Below, piece by piece: positions 39,290-52,600 of a DNA stretch of 64,000 bases. The DNA lies in NCBI GenBank assembly GCA_013239625.1, contig MU054117.1, positions 2,914,011-2,978,010 of the forward strand, given 5' to 3'. The notes below the pieces were generated by a model. It made no database searches. It was given only the letters and a program-made list of their open reading frames with translations, and was not told the origin of the DNA. The stretch is from Lama guanicoe. Taxonomy: Eukaryota. Each line of letters opens with the position of its first letter. Position 1 is the first letter of the stretch. The position numbers and the translations under genes are program-made.

Positions 39290-40049
39290 AGAAGCCCCTT
39301 TGGGAGGGCGACTCTCCGTTCTGCCTGCTGCGGCTTATGTGACGGGTCCAATTTCCTCGTGTGGCCTCAAGGGAGACGGGGACAGCTGTGCCCCCCTCCG
39401 CGATGTAACTCTCCGGGCCTGGGTGCCTGCTGTTCAGCAGCCCCGTTCACACCCCTCCCACTCTATCAGAAGGCTCATTAAAGGCCTCGGTAGCGGTTTG
39501 GGGTCCCCATGACATGGTGGCTGTTCACCCTAATCCTCCCAATAATTAGTGGTTGTAAACCACTTTGAAGATAAAAGGCATTTTAGAAGAGCTAAGTCCT
39601 ATTACGATTAGCTTTTCAATATTTCCTGGCTGATGAGCACATCAAAGCGAAACACAGCCTCGGCGGGAGGGCTGGTGGCTAATGAGATGCACTTCAAGGC
39701 GGCTGGCGTATATTAAAGACAAAATTTACCAACATGAAAAAAAGTGCCCGCTTCCCTCCCAGCAGAGCCAGCTCTTTCCAAAGGCTGTCAGGGTGGATGC
39801 TTGCAAGACGGTCAAGGACCCAGCGCTCACGTGCCCTCTGGGCCTGGAGGAGAAAGGCTCAGCAACGGCCCCTGGCTCAGCATCATGACTTACTCTCGCC
39901 AGCGTGGCTCTGTGTGCCCCTCATTTCTCATTTCACGCCGTTTTAACGCTCACTCTGTGGCAAAGGCAAGTTAGCTGACACGATCCCCACCCGGCAGACA
40001 AGGAAGCTGCAAAGCGGTTTCCGAGGCAGAGACATCAGCTGAGCACAGT

Positions 40050-40520
40050 TAAGGCTGCCGCTACCCTGGCGACACTACGGACGCCCCATCACATCCCCTC
40101 CAGTACCTGTGCGCTACCCTCTCCCCCACCCTCCCCACCTTTGCCTCTAGCTCCAGGTACCTGCCACTCTTAGAACGGTGACCCTTGAGCTAACGGAGCC
40201 ACTTTGTCCACAGGCACAGAGCCAGGAGTGCCCGAAGTTTCCGGGTCACCTCTAAACAGCCCTTAGCCAATGCCACCTGGCGCAGAAGTGGGGACGCCTG
40301 TCCCCCAGTCTCCAGAGGGGACACGGTCTGAGTTGGGATCTGCACTTTTGTGGGACCGGCTGAGACTGGAACTCTGCCCCACTCGCACTCTGCCTTCTTC
40401 CCGCTCTGGTCCTGCCTCCTACGCCTTTACTGGGTCTTTCTGGAGCGTTTCCTCAATAAGTCATGTGCACGTGGAGCCCTCTCTGGGGATGTGCTTCTGG
40501 GGAACTCAGCCTAAGACGAA
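40050..40520 (+). mobile_element. LTR16-like ERVL LTR
   Basis: 3' end TTCCTCAATAAGTCATGTGCAC...TGCTTCTGGGGAACTCAGCCTAAGAC. The 5' boundary is uncertain. Confidence 0.55.
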
Positions 40521-41815
40521 GGCTCTCTCAACTCCACAAGAGTGAGAACGTTTTGCATGCGTGCTATTGAACACGTGCCCCCAGGCCCCCTGAGTTCCAA
40601 ACCTCCCCTGCCAAGTCTCCAGCCCTAAACACCCACCTTTCCTGTGTCCACCCTCCTGCTGCAGCTCTCAGCTCTTCACTCTCAAAGCCCCTATTTCCCC
40701 TTGGGCCATGGTGTCCCATCTGCTTTGGGAAAGCTACCTTCGGGCTCTCCCTGGGCCCAGGGAAGGCACTGAACCGGGCAGATGCTGTGGGAGACACAAG
40801 ATACACTTAAGACCACCCCTTTCCTCGGTGAATTTATACTCTCGCGGGGGGACAAGATGCAAATGAGGGAGGTAGAAGACGCGCAGAAGCAACAGCTCTC
40901 AGAGTGGCTCCCAAAGCCAAACACTGCCCTCGGTGCTCCCTGCCATGTGACTCTGGCTCTTCCATTGAAACTTAAATGCTCAGGAAATTGGAGGCCAGCT
41001 CTGGCAGAGATAACCCAGATGCAGGGATAGTCCAATAAAGGGCAGCCTCTCTGTAATGCTGGTTTGCATTATGATTATTTTTTACTTCCGGGAAGGGATT
41101 CCCAGAGGTTAAGCAACTTGTCCTAGGAAAACAGCTAAGCAGTGAGAGAGTATGGATTCGATCCTAAATCTGCCTAATTCTTTAAAATCTCAGTTTCCTT
41201 GTCTGTAAAAGGGGACCAACGATCCCCACTTTTCAAAACTGTTGTAAGGATTTAAAAAATAATACGTACAGGGTATCAAAATACCTGCTACGATACCTGG
41301 GCCACGAGCACCGTGTCGGTGGTGAGTAGTGTCATCACTGCCAGAGGCGACGCCATTGAGCCAAAGGGTGCTTCACGCGCGCACTGTAAAGGCTCTTAGT
41401 GCATACTAACAAACTGCTTTCCAAAAAACCAGGTAAGCAAAGCCGTGACAGCCCCGCCAAGGGGCCCCGAGTAAAGCAGAGCTGAGCAGGCCTCCTCAGT
41501 GCTTTCAGGACAAATCTTAAACACACGGGCGCAGCCCCACCTCTTTACCGGCATCCTCTCCCCCCGTCCCACCATGGCCCCTTTCATGCCTCGGCATCTT
41601 CAAACACGTTCCCTCGGCTGGCACGCCCCTTTGTCTAAGCTGCGTCCTACAAATGCTCAAGAATCCATTCGAGGGGCGCTTTCTCTGAGAAGTCACCCCG
41701 ACCCTTGGTCTGACTTAACTCGCTCTTTCTCTGGGCATCCACAGCCTCTGGGGCCTACACCTGCTGTTGGATTTACTTGTAAAGATTTACTTGCCTGTCC
41801 TTCCCTGGGACACAG

Positions 41816-41891
41816 GTGTGTGAGCACATGTGTGCGTGCACACACACACGCACACGCACACCCACACACCCACCCACACACACACACACAC
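41816..41891. repeat. Imperfect (TG)n/(CA)n microsatellite; shorter CA/TG runs at about 76-94, 493-509, 14887-14899, 48950-48965 and 51492-51505
   Basis: Read directly. Confidence 0.85.
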
Positions 41892-42019
41892 CCCTGTAAA
41901 TGCCTGGAGGGAAGGGACCACATCCCCCTCCCTGCAGTTAGCAAAACACCTGGCTCATGGATGATGCTGAACACACAGACATAGCAAGGGTGCATTTTAA
42001 AATGTGTGCCACTTGACCG

Positions 42020-42297
42020 TAAAAAAAAGAGTGAAATAATGCCACCTGCAGCAACATGGACGGACCGAGGGACGATCACACCAGGTGAAGTGAGTCAGAG
42101 AAAGGCAGATGTCGTATGATGTCACTCACATGTGAAATCTAAAAACAAAATGACGCAAATGAACTTATTTACAGAACGAAACAGACTCACAGGCACAGAA
42201 AACGAACTTATGATTATCAAAGGGGAAGGGTAGGGAGCGATTAACTAGGAGCCTGGGATCAGCAGATACAAACCACTACATACAAAATAGACCAACA
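42020..42297 (+). mobile_element. L1 3' fragment
   Basis: GAAATAATGCCACCTGCAGCAACATGGACGGACC...AAACAGACTCACAG; homologous to the element at 54730-55320. Confidence 0.85.
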
Positions 42298-42722
42298 TCC
42301 TCTTCAGAGGGTGGCTGACTCCAGTCTGGGGACTGTGTGCTGCCAGCGATCTGAATCCCACCGAGGAAACAGGCAGAGAGGAGAACCCCCTGCTTTCCAC
42401 TGGGGCCGCGGTGGAAGGAGTTTTACGGCAATTTAGAGAAAACCGGGGGAAGACGCCCCTCCCAGTAGGGCTGCCATGTCTCCGAAGGAAGCAGGCCTAG
42501 TCCCTTCTCCTTCCAGGTTTTGGAGAGGTGTCGGGGTAGCAGCGGGAAGTCTGGAGGCCGTCTCCCGCCCGGTGGGGGCAGACCCTCGTGCGTGAGAAGG
42601 GGGTGGCTTTGAGGTGGGAAGCCCCATAAAAAAAGACCGGCAGGACCCCCAGCAGGGCCACTACTCTCCTGCCAGCACCATCCGGTTCCCTGGCCCAGCA
42701 GCTTTATCTCACTCATTGCCTC

Positions 42723-43121
42723 TGAAGGCTTACCTCTAGGGAAGTGGAACGTACCCCTAAAATTCTATTGGTTCCCTGAGCTCACTCCTGATTGGTCCAT
42801 TTGTAGTGCTTCATTTGCATGGGGCTCACTCCTGATTGGTTATTTCTCTCCCTCCTGATTGGTCCATTTCTACAAAGCTTATTCCTAATAATTAGTCAAC
42901 TTTTGTTATACCTTATTTGCATATGATGTTGCAAAGTGTAAACTGGCAGCCTATAAAAGCCTGTGTAAACCTACAGACGGGGTCCAGAGCTTGGAGTGCT
43001 AACGTCTCCGGGCCCGCCGGCGTAATAAACCTGAGTTCTCCAACCCTCCGAGTGATGCATGGTCTCGTGCCCAGATCCAGGTTGCTGTCACAACTGAGCT
43101 GTAACACACTTTTCTGCAACA
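42723..43121 (+). mobile_element. Solo ERV LTR (399 bp), antisense to CRACR2A
   Basis: TG...CA termini with probable TSD GCCTC/GCTTC. Four ATTGG boxes, two ATTTGCAT octamers, TATAAAA at 42952 and AATAAA at 43024. Confidence 0.8.
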
Positions 43122-43669
43122 GCTTCAGGGCTATCTGAGCCTCCCACCCAGCAGCCCTGGCTCTCAGCAGTGCTCTAGAAGTTCCCTGCATCCGACCCCC
43201 AAGTGCTGTCTGCATCCCCCAAGCTCACCCTTGAAGACAGAGACGCAGCATTGCAGCCAGAGTCTCTGCCCTCGCTAAGGAAGGTCTGCAGTCGTATTTG
43301 TCAGAAAAGCCTAAGGGCCCCACGGGGACAGGCTGAGGATGCTGGTGGAGGAATCAGCTTTGGGACAGGGAGCAGAGGAGCATCCTTGTCTGGGCAGCCT
43401 GGGGATGCAAGGACGTGAATGTAGAGAGGGATCTGGCAGAATGCTCAGCGTTGTGCTGAGTAGCAGGCCTTGCCAGCAGGCTTGCCAAGACCGCAGGGAA
43501 CAGCGGTGATGGCCAAGGAGGCTGGGGTTATCTCTACCTCCAACCACAGCTAGATCTGGCCGACTAGATATGTGTCCCCAGTGACAGTGGCCTCTCTCCG
43601 GCGTACGAGCACAATTCATCTGAGGCAAATGCTCCCTTTTCTGTACAAGGTGGCACAGCACTTGGACAC

Positions 43670-43830
43670 TCATCCATCCATTCAATGATGTGCCGGCACT
43701 GTTTTCAGTGCCAAAGAAGCAGTAATGGCAAATCCAGCAAGCTCTTGACTGGGTGGAGCTTCTGTTCCAGCGGAGAGAGACAAACAAAACAATAAATCCG
43801 TAAGCCCAGTAAGTGTTTTCGGTGCTGGAG
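43670..43830 (-). mobile_element. L2 fragment
   Basis: CATCCATCCATTCAATGATGTGCCGGCACTGTT...GGAGCTTCTGTTCCAGCGGAGAGAGACA. Confidence 0.55.
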
Positions 43831-44677
43831 TAAGACAGCTCTCTCCCTGAGTCACCTGCCTCCACCCGTCACTGGCACCTATGCCCAGGTGCCCGAAGCA
43901 ACCCGGGTGGGGAGGCTCCTCCCCCTGGATGTGTCCCAGGCAGCAGCCATACAGAGCCAGGCCCTGGGGGGACAGAGTGGAGTGCTGCCCTGTCTGCCCT
44001 CAGCCGCTGACATCCGAGAAGCTTCGGTCACACATACTGAAAGAAAAACCACTTAGGTTATACACGAGATATTAATAGTGTTAGTTCTAGCTGGTAATCT
44101 TCAGAGACGATTTCTCGTGACGTTATTCTGTATTTTCTAACATTTTTGTTATGACAATGTGTTATTTTTGCAATAAGGGGCAAAACATTTTTTTTTTAAG
44201 TAAGAGGATTGGATTGGCCTTGCTAAATCAAATGAATAAGAAATGTATTTGGACAGGTAGGCAGGGACCAGATCTCAGGGTGATGGATAACGTCTTACCA
44301 TGCCACTTTCTGGTTTACAAAGCGAATTCACAACAAATATCTCCTTCAGCCCTCACAAGACTTTCTCAAGGTTACATAGAAAATAAAACTGAGCTCAGGA
44401 AAATGCCTGCCCCTTGGGGCCCTAACTCCAAGGCCAAAGTCTTTTCCACTATTCCACATGCCCTTCTGTAGCTGACCTCATGTCTCTGCACAGCCGAGGC
44501 CCTCCCAACAGCGCTGAGCACCCCAGCTCCTGCCTCTCTCCTGCCCTGCCCCCCACCTTTGCCTCTTCCGCAGACACCAAGCTAATTGCCCCATACCTGC
44601 CTTTATTAAACTACCGTCTTAGTCAAGCCCCTGCCAGGCTCTAGGCACTGTCTTGTACTCGGTCTGAGGATGCAGCA

Positions 44678-44980
44678 CACTCACGGACATGGAGAACAAA
44701 CGGCGGCTAGCAAAGGGCGGAGGGCCGGTGAGGGGCGGGGGTAAATTAAGAGTTTGGGATTAACAGATACACACGACTATATGTACAACAGATGAACAAC
44801 AAGGGCCTGCTGTGGAGCACAGGGAGCTATGCTCAATTTCCTGTAATAACCTATAATGGAAAAGAATCTGAAAAAATATGTGTATATGTATGTATATGTA
44901 TAACTAAGCCGCTTTGCTGTACACCTGAAGCTAACATTGTAAATCAACCACACTTCAATAAAAACAAAATTAAAAAAAAG
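44678..44980 (+). mobile_element. L1 3'UTR fragment with poly(A) tail
   Basis: AACAACAAGGGCCTGCTGTGGAGCACAGGGAGCTAT...AATGGAAAAGAATCTG...CTTCAATAAAAAC. Confidence 0.85.
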
Positions 44981-46444
44981 TAAAGGGTATTAGGCGGACG
45001 ACTGGCCTCAGAGGGAGCTGTTTGGTTTGGAGGACTGGCTCTTCCTCCATGCAGAGCAACGCACTGCCACCAAGGCCCCCAGGTAGGCTGGGCAGACACC
45101 CTAGTCAGAGGCCACGGTTACAAGACCCAGCTCTCCAAGGAGGTCTGTTCCAGATGGAGAGGCAGCACACACAGCCAGATGAAAACGGACAGTGATGAAA
45201 CAGCCCCTGACACCCCCTCTGGACCAAAGGGGCGTCTACCCACCGCATCACCAGGGATGTCACAAGTCAGCTTGCAACTGTCCCTGAGAGAAGTCACAGA
45301 AAGACAGAGTGCAGCCACACAGAACACACGCAGCAGACAACCCAGGGCAGGGCTTCGACGTCGCAGCGAGGGCGCAGGCCCTCCGCACCGCGGGACACTG
45401 GAGGCAGCACGGGAGGCGCGGGGGCCGACCTGTGAGAAAGGCTCTGGGGAAGGAGGTGGCACTGAGCGCGGGCCTCCGGGAGTGAGTGGGATCTGGATGC
45501 TCTTCAGGGTGAGCCCGTTCAGCAAGGCCACGAGGATGCCCCGAAAACCCCCAGCCCAGCCAGGGCCCTTTCTCCTCCGGACACTGGGCTTCCAGCCTCT
45601 CACCTGTCCTGGCCCCTGCACCACGTCTGAGGGGTGTCTCTCTGACTGTGCTCTGAAGAGCCACAAATGCGGCCGGCCACCCGAGGTGGAACATAAAGAT
45701 GATCTCAGCACAGAGAGAGCTGGCAAAATGCTGAGAACACCTGGCTCATTAGCTCACCTGCACACGGGGGTCTACTCAATACATCCGTGAACAAGGTTCA
45801 ACCAGGTGCCAGGACCCGCTGGGGGCAGACAATCAAGTCATGTTATGTTCTCAGTTACCCTCTGAGGTTACGGGCACCACCGTGGGGGTCTGGGCTGTGG
45901 GGAGCCCCTTGGCCGCACCGTTTAAGTGGTGACAATGATTACAACCATATAGCAAGGACAGCGGGCTTTCACAGGGTGCGTTAAAGGCCACCACAATCTC
46001 TGCCATCTAAGCCTGTGAGCTGGCATCCCATCTGTGACACGCACGCTGTTACCGTCTGGCCTCAAAGCTGGTGCTGTCCTGTTTGTCATAAGGATTCGAG
46101 ACAGTCCCGGCTCCTGGACGCCGGCAGGTGGAGGGCTGGGCCTGGGATACGGGATGTCTCCCGTGAACCTCTCCGTGGGACACCAGGTCACCCGCAGGGT
46201 CACCTTCCTCTCCGAAGCGTTTTGACTCTGCAGTGTGGCCTGTGAGCAGAGGGGGAGACCCTACAACGGAGGCCCAGAGAAGCTGAGCTCACCCGGGGTC
46301 TCCTTCTGTGCTTTGTCTGTTTTAAGAACATGAAGCGTTGGCTTTAGGAAGCCCTGGGTTCAAGTCCCAGGTCTGTCACCGACAGCTGTTGTGACCCCCA
46401 GCAGGTTCCTAACTTCTCCGAGCCTCTTTCCTCCCCTGTTAAAC

Positions 46445-46617
46445 ATGGACCAGACCTACCGCAGAGCACAGGGAGCTCTGTTCAATTTCTTGTAATGAGC
46501 TGTAATGGAAAAGAATCTGAAAAATAAAAATGTCTGCATGTACATGCAGAACTGAATCACTTTGCTGTACACACGAACCAAACATTGTAAGTCGACTACA
46601 CGTCAGTAAAAAAAAAT
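46445..46617 (+). mobile_element. L1 3'UTR fragment
   Basis: AGCACAGGGAGCTC...AATGGAAAAGAATCTGAAAA...CTGAATCACTTTGCTGTACAC followed by an A-run. Confidence 0.8.
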
Positions 46618-49600
46618 GGATCACATGAGCACCTCTCTCGATAAGCTGACATGAAAGTAAGACACAGAGCTCAGCCCGGGGCCTGGCCGATACTCAGTGC
46701 TCCTTAAGTACTAATTATATTATTATTATTGTTGCTGTTTTTGTTATTTCAGAGAGGATGGCTCGGTGTCGTTCCTTCGCCTGAGCCCACAGGCCAGGGC
46801 AGAACTCGGGCTGTGGGCGTCTCTCTCCCTGGTGAAGCCAGCAGAGCGCCCCGGGCGGGGCCGCCCTTTCTGCATTGGCAGCACCTTCCTGCGGGCGGCG
46901 GCGCCTGCGGGGAAGCCCTTCCCTCTGCTTCCCGCCCTCGGAAGCGGGGTGGGGGGTGGCGGGTTCTTATCCTGAGCCCCAGGACTGCACCGTCCAACCT
47001 GGTAGCCGGGAGCCGCCCGACGCTGTCCAGCCGCTGCAATGTGGCCGGTCCAAAATGAGATGTGCTGTAACAATCCCCCAGTTCTCTAATTCACAAAGTA
47101 TCAGGCCGACTAGATGCTGAAGTGGTCACCCTGAGGGTACCTTGGGTGCAATAAAATGTTAATAAAGCCAGTTTCGCCTGCTCCCTTTCCTTCTCCCCTG
47201 GTGGCCGCGAGGATATCGGAAGGGACGCGTGCTCAGTGCTCACACGCACGTCTGCTGCCAGCCCTGGAAGGAACACGAGCTCCCCGAAGCCGAGGCTTTG
47301 TCCCTCAGGGCTACTGCTGTGTCCCCAGCCCCCGGGACAGGTCCTGAATGTGGGAGGAGCCCGGGGGGTGTGAGGCCTGGAGGAGACTCTCAGGGCTGGG
47401 GCCCAGGCTCCAGGAGGTGGGGACCGGCGTGGGGTCGTTTGGGATTTACTCTCATGAGTAAACTGAGTCTGGAAAAAAATACTAAAAACTTGTCCCGAAA
47501 CAGCAAGTTTCAAACCAAGGGCATCCCAAACCTACAGTCTTTCAACTGAATCCTTCTACCTCCCACAGCAACGTAGAGTTGAGAAAGAAACCTTGATTTG
47601 GGGTTTTCTGAAAATCCACCTCCCCTCCCGTCACCACCAGCGTCTGAGCTCTGGGCAAATCACTGGCCTCCATGGGCCTCGGCAGCTCGGACCCTCCCCT
47701 GCACTGCGTAAACCAGTGGCGTCTTTATCCTGGTGGGGACAGCGAGGCTGAGCCCTAAGTATTTCCACACACTCCTCTCTACTCCCGGGTCTCCAGAGAG
47801 CCTCTCCGGCTGAAACTTCCTCCCATCACCCGAATCAATATTGTGTTTGTTTAAGGTTCTCTTTGATTTTACTTGGTTTTAGATGCTTTTCATCAGAAGC
47901 CAAAACCTTGCAGACTTTCCCTTGATCTTGTGACGAAATTCCCTTAGAGAGATTTAATTCCAGAAACAGCTCTGCGGCACCACATCCCCGTGAACGAGCA
48001 AAGCCGTCCAAGTAACTAGCATCCTGCCGTGTTCAAACACGACTCTCAGGGGGCACACGGGCTCCTCGCCCTTACATCTGCGTTTACTGTCCTGCAGCAT
48101 CGACACCGAGGAAGCGCTTACATCTTGTTCCCAAAAAGGCCCTCAGTACCCCGCCAGCCTCCACGTTCTCCGCCTACGCCTTGAAGGGACCCTGAAGTTG
48201 TCCGCTGCCCCAGCTCCCGTGAACCCCTCTGCTCTGCCCTCGCCTGGCCCGCTGAGTAAACTCCCTTCCTGACTTGTCCCCCTCCCGCCCAATCTTTTTG
48301 GAGAGTCTGTGTCATTTCCACTTCTAACTCCAGCTCAAGAGCCTTCTGGATTTTAATCAAAGCAAGAGTCTTTTAGAACCAAATCTGATTTCTCAGAGAA
48401 GAAAATCTCCCCCAACTTGCCCCGCACCCCCCCCCGGGAATTGCCAACACTGTTTTTGATCAAGAAGAATAAAGAAAAATTTGCCAGAATCAACTACATC
48501 GTTCTAACGCAAGAAATGGGCCTCGGTCCGATAACAGGGGTAGAGTGGCTTTCAACACAGCCCCACGGAGGAGGCAGGACGCACTTGGGTCTCGGCCACT
48601 TGCTGAATCTTTACGGATTTTCATTCCCGTCCCCAGCCACCCAGCAGAGTGCTTGACTGGCCAGCGGTGACTGGTGCTTGAGGAAGGCATACGAGGTTTT
48701 AACAACCTGCCGGCACCAGGACATGCCTTCTCAAAATAATTACGTGCCGCATCCCAAGGCGAGATGAACACACCTCGTGGTTCTCGGGAGCCAACGTTTA
48801 CAGAGGCGCCTGATGCAAGATGTTGTGTTTGGTAACAGGGATGCAGAGTGAGCTGCACATCCCCCGTGCCCGCCGACAGTTCCCAGGCTGACGGAGACTG
48901 ACGCGTGTGACGGACTAAAGCGTAAGGCAGAACGGGGAAAGGGTAATGAGTGTGTGTGTGTGTGTTTGTACTGAAAAAAGATGGGGAGGAAATACACCCC
49001 CACATTACCAGTGACCATCTCTGTTCGTTGAGTTGATGGTGATTTTTTTTCTCTTCTTTGCTGTTTGTTATATTCACTGATCTTTCTTTTTATGAGAAAC
49101 ATACATTGCTTATATGATAAAATATTTTTTGTTGCTTACATGATAAAATAATTTTCAGGGAAAATTCAGCACATTATACAGGATTGGGGTGATAAGACTT
49201 TGTGGAGGATGGGGTGTGTCTCCGGGCTCTGCAGGATGGGGAATCTTGGGCAGGGAGGAGATGGGGGTCATTCCAGGCAGAAGGCACAGCATGAAGCGGC
49301 CTCCGGCCATGGCAGGGGGAGGACATGACAGGCGCGGGAGGACAGTACGTGAGGGCCCTCACGTGGACGGGCGCAGGGCTGGGGCTTGGGGGCCTGGGGG
49401 CCTGCTCTGCGTTCCTACCCTCTGGGTCTGCTGCTGCTGTATCACACTGCGTTACACTTGGTTGCATTCAAGTCTACCCTGCACTAAGTTTTTGGCTCCT
49501 GGAGGTCAGGGATCACGGCTCATGCATTCTGTCACCATCGCAGCTAGCATGACAACCAGCACAGGACAGGAGTCCACACAGCTTCCTGGAGGAACCCGGT

Positions 49601-52600
49601 TCTAATGGGGTTAGTTTTTATTTTGTCAGTAATAGGACTCTTTGTGGGTTCCAGAACACTGCACCCTTTAGACAGCTAATACATTCCAGGAACTCTGCTG
49701 GGTGCAAAGGCTGTGGTCCTCCTTGGTCTGGCCTTCACTCCTGTGTGGCACCATTTACCCACGAGGCTCAGAAGGGTCTAGTCACCTGCCTTAGGTGGTA
49801 CGGCCAGTGGTCAGAGAAGCCAGGACAGCCTGAGGACGGTGTGGAGGACAGAAGCCTCACAGAAATGAGGAGACTAGAGCAGCAGGGATCTGTGGGGACC
49901 TGGACTGGCCCAACCAGTCAGAGAGGAGGTGAGGAAAAGCCCGGGGGACAGCCTGGAGGCAGTGCCGACACCTGAGCCTGGACGGCTCCTCGGCTGCTTC
50001 TAAAGCACACTTGCTGTTTCTGATGTCAGCTGAGGGACAGAGCCTCCACAGGGACTTGCTGTCCCATGAACCAGCCCCTGCTCTCAGAAGTAGGACCAGT
50101 GGAAAGGGTCCCTCGCCAGCCCAGGGGTGGGCGCCCCGCCACTCTCCCGTCCACTGCAGGCCTTGAAAACTTCCTGGACCTGAACATTCTCCCGAAAACG
50201 TCAACGAAACGGGCCCGGACCCCAGCGGGAATCAACTCCCTGTGCTAAGAGGGAAACAGAATTGGGAGTGAGATGTAGGATCTGTCTGTCCTCATCACCG
50301 ACCAGCGACTTCCTCCCCTCCCGGGGCCTCTGTCTTCTCTTCTGCAGACGGGCCGGGCTGCACAAGATGCCCTTTGAGACCCTCAGACAAGGTAAGTTCT
50401 CAGGGACCGTGACCCTCCTTAGCATTTCTGCCCATCAAAATGAACGTCTCTCCCTCCTGCTGGACCTCAGCGCCCCGAGGCCAGCCTGGCCTGTCCCGGC
50501 AGGGCTCCCAGCACTTTCCTGGGTGCCGAGCCTGAAGCAGCACACCACGTCCGCCTGTGGAACGGAGCGACGGCCGGTCTCGGGGCCATGTGGGGAGGCA
50601 GCGGCCCCAGGCGACCAGTCCCTGCAGGATCTCCAGCGGAGCGCGCTCTGGGGGTTCCAGGTCCTCCCCACGGGTCAGGGGCCGGTTAGCGCCTGGCTCC
50701 CCCACCCCTCCACCCACCCTGGGAAGCCCCTCGGGTTTCCTTGCACACAGGACGACATCTGAGGTGGAGGTTTGGAAACCTGTGTGTGTCTGCATTCGGA
50801 AAACTCTGCCAGTCGGTCAGAAACATTTTCACATTTTAGCTCTGACTGTGATAAAAAGAAGTAAAGGGAGAGTGGTTTATGCCAAAATAACACACATTTC
50901 AATCGGGAAGTACTCGTGCGTGGCTGCCTGGGACACATCACCGGGCAGTCAACGCCTACACCTGCTTGTGATGGGTGAGTAGACCTGACGCCCCCTAGAA
51001 GGGGCACAAGGAAATAAAAGAGCGGAGGACAACAGAAGAAAAAAAATGAAGATGAGAAACGGCAACCCCGCTGACCTGTCTGTATCTGAGAACAGGGAGG
51101 AAAGCGCCTGCACGGAGCGGGCGGCGCAGACCCGCCAGATTCGGTCCTGGGTGTGGCGGCGGGGAAAGCAGGAAGGAGCGGAGCCGCCTGTGCAAGTGTC
51201 ATATCATGTCCTGTGCCCTGCTGAGGCACGGCACGAAGCGTCTTGGAAAACAAGCCATTGATCTGGAAATTCCACCCAGAGGGGAGGCCCACGCTCAGTC
51301 TGCAGCACCAAGACGGCCTGGGAAACACCACCCTCTTCCTTCAGGCAGTGGGGAGAGGAGGAGGGACTGAGTTTCTTTGGGAGATCTCCAGCGAGAACGT
51401 CGGGGTCAGAGTGGGAAACACAAGCAGCCCCCAAGTAGATGATTATCATATGTGAGTTTTGCAAGAGATTTCTTATCACTGACCTGCAAATACACACACA
51501 CACACGTATATTAGGATATAAACTATTCCAAAAAGAGAGAATATAAAGAAGTTCATGGACATGGTGACATCTCCTGTGTCCCCGCTAGTTTAATGACATG
51601 TTGTCCTATGTCTACGTCTGTTAGATGAAGTCTTGAGTCTCTTGTTACAAATCTGGTTTCCTCGTTTTGGGGGAAGCTCCACGTTGCATAGAAACCCTTC
51701 TCAGCTGAATGTATGCTTGTGGGATGCTCCGAACGAGACAGGATGCGTGAAGTGGGGGGATGATCCGGTCACATCAAGACCTGGCCTTTATTCCACGTAG
51801 GTTTTGCTTCCTGTAACAACCATCTCCTGAGCCATCGAGCGTTTGGCATACCTTCTTTGGAAACGTTTCAGGGCTGCTGTGTAAAGCTGCCACCGGTTTC
51901 TCTGTCTCAGGTTGACGTGGGCAGGGCAGGTGACGATTCTTCCCTGATGGGGCCGATGTGCACCGGCGTCCCCAACCCGCCCCCAGGAAGTGCCAAGGGC
52001 ATCTCTTAGTCACGTGGCTACCCCAAGCCACCCCACAGATTTCCCAAACACCCTCTGGGCTTCAACACTCAGAGCACCGTGGCCCCTGGACCCCCAGCAC
52101 CTGGAGTCTGTTGGAAATGCAGACTCTTCAGCCTCGGACCAGACCCACTGGTTCAGGAGACCTCCCCCACCCCGGCCAGGTGACTCTTCCAAGGGGCAGC
52201 TCCGACCCCGTTGGGAATACCAACCAAGTCCAACCTCACTCATTTCTCGAATGAGGAAACGGGCCCAAGAGGGCAGGTCAGCTGTACACTTGCCCCCTCT
52301 GCTCATCACTAAGCTCCTTGAGGACTAGACGGGTCTGGGACCACGGGGCTGCTAGCCCACGCAACTGTGGCCCTAGAAAGTCCTGGTGTCTGGACTCCGT
52401 CAGGACTCCGAACTCTCCTTTTCCACCGGAAAGCAGCGAGTCCCCAGGGCTCAGCCACAGAAGCACCGGCATGCCCACCACTTGTCTTGTCCGTTTCAGC
52501 CCCAGCTCCCGCTGCGCCGGGGACCGCGGGGTCTGAACGAAGAGGAAGGGCCCCTCGCCCTCTGCCTGCCTGCAGGCCGCTGCGGTTAGCGCCACACTCG

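Noticed and set aside
42781..42865. Spaced CTCCTGATTGGT repeats as a CRISPR-like array
   Set aside because: The units are 12 bp with irregular spacing inside a mammalian LTR U3; they are duplicated CCAAT boxes.
49106..49155. 26-bp-period direct duplication (smaller ones at 26725-26750, 32440-32459 and 62869-62892)
   Set aside because: Ordinary local slippage duplications with no further structure.
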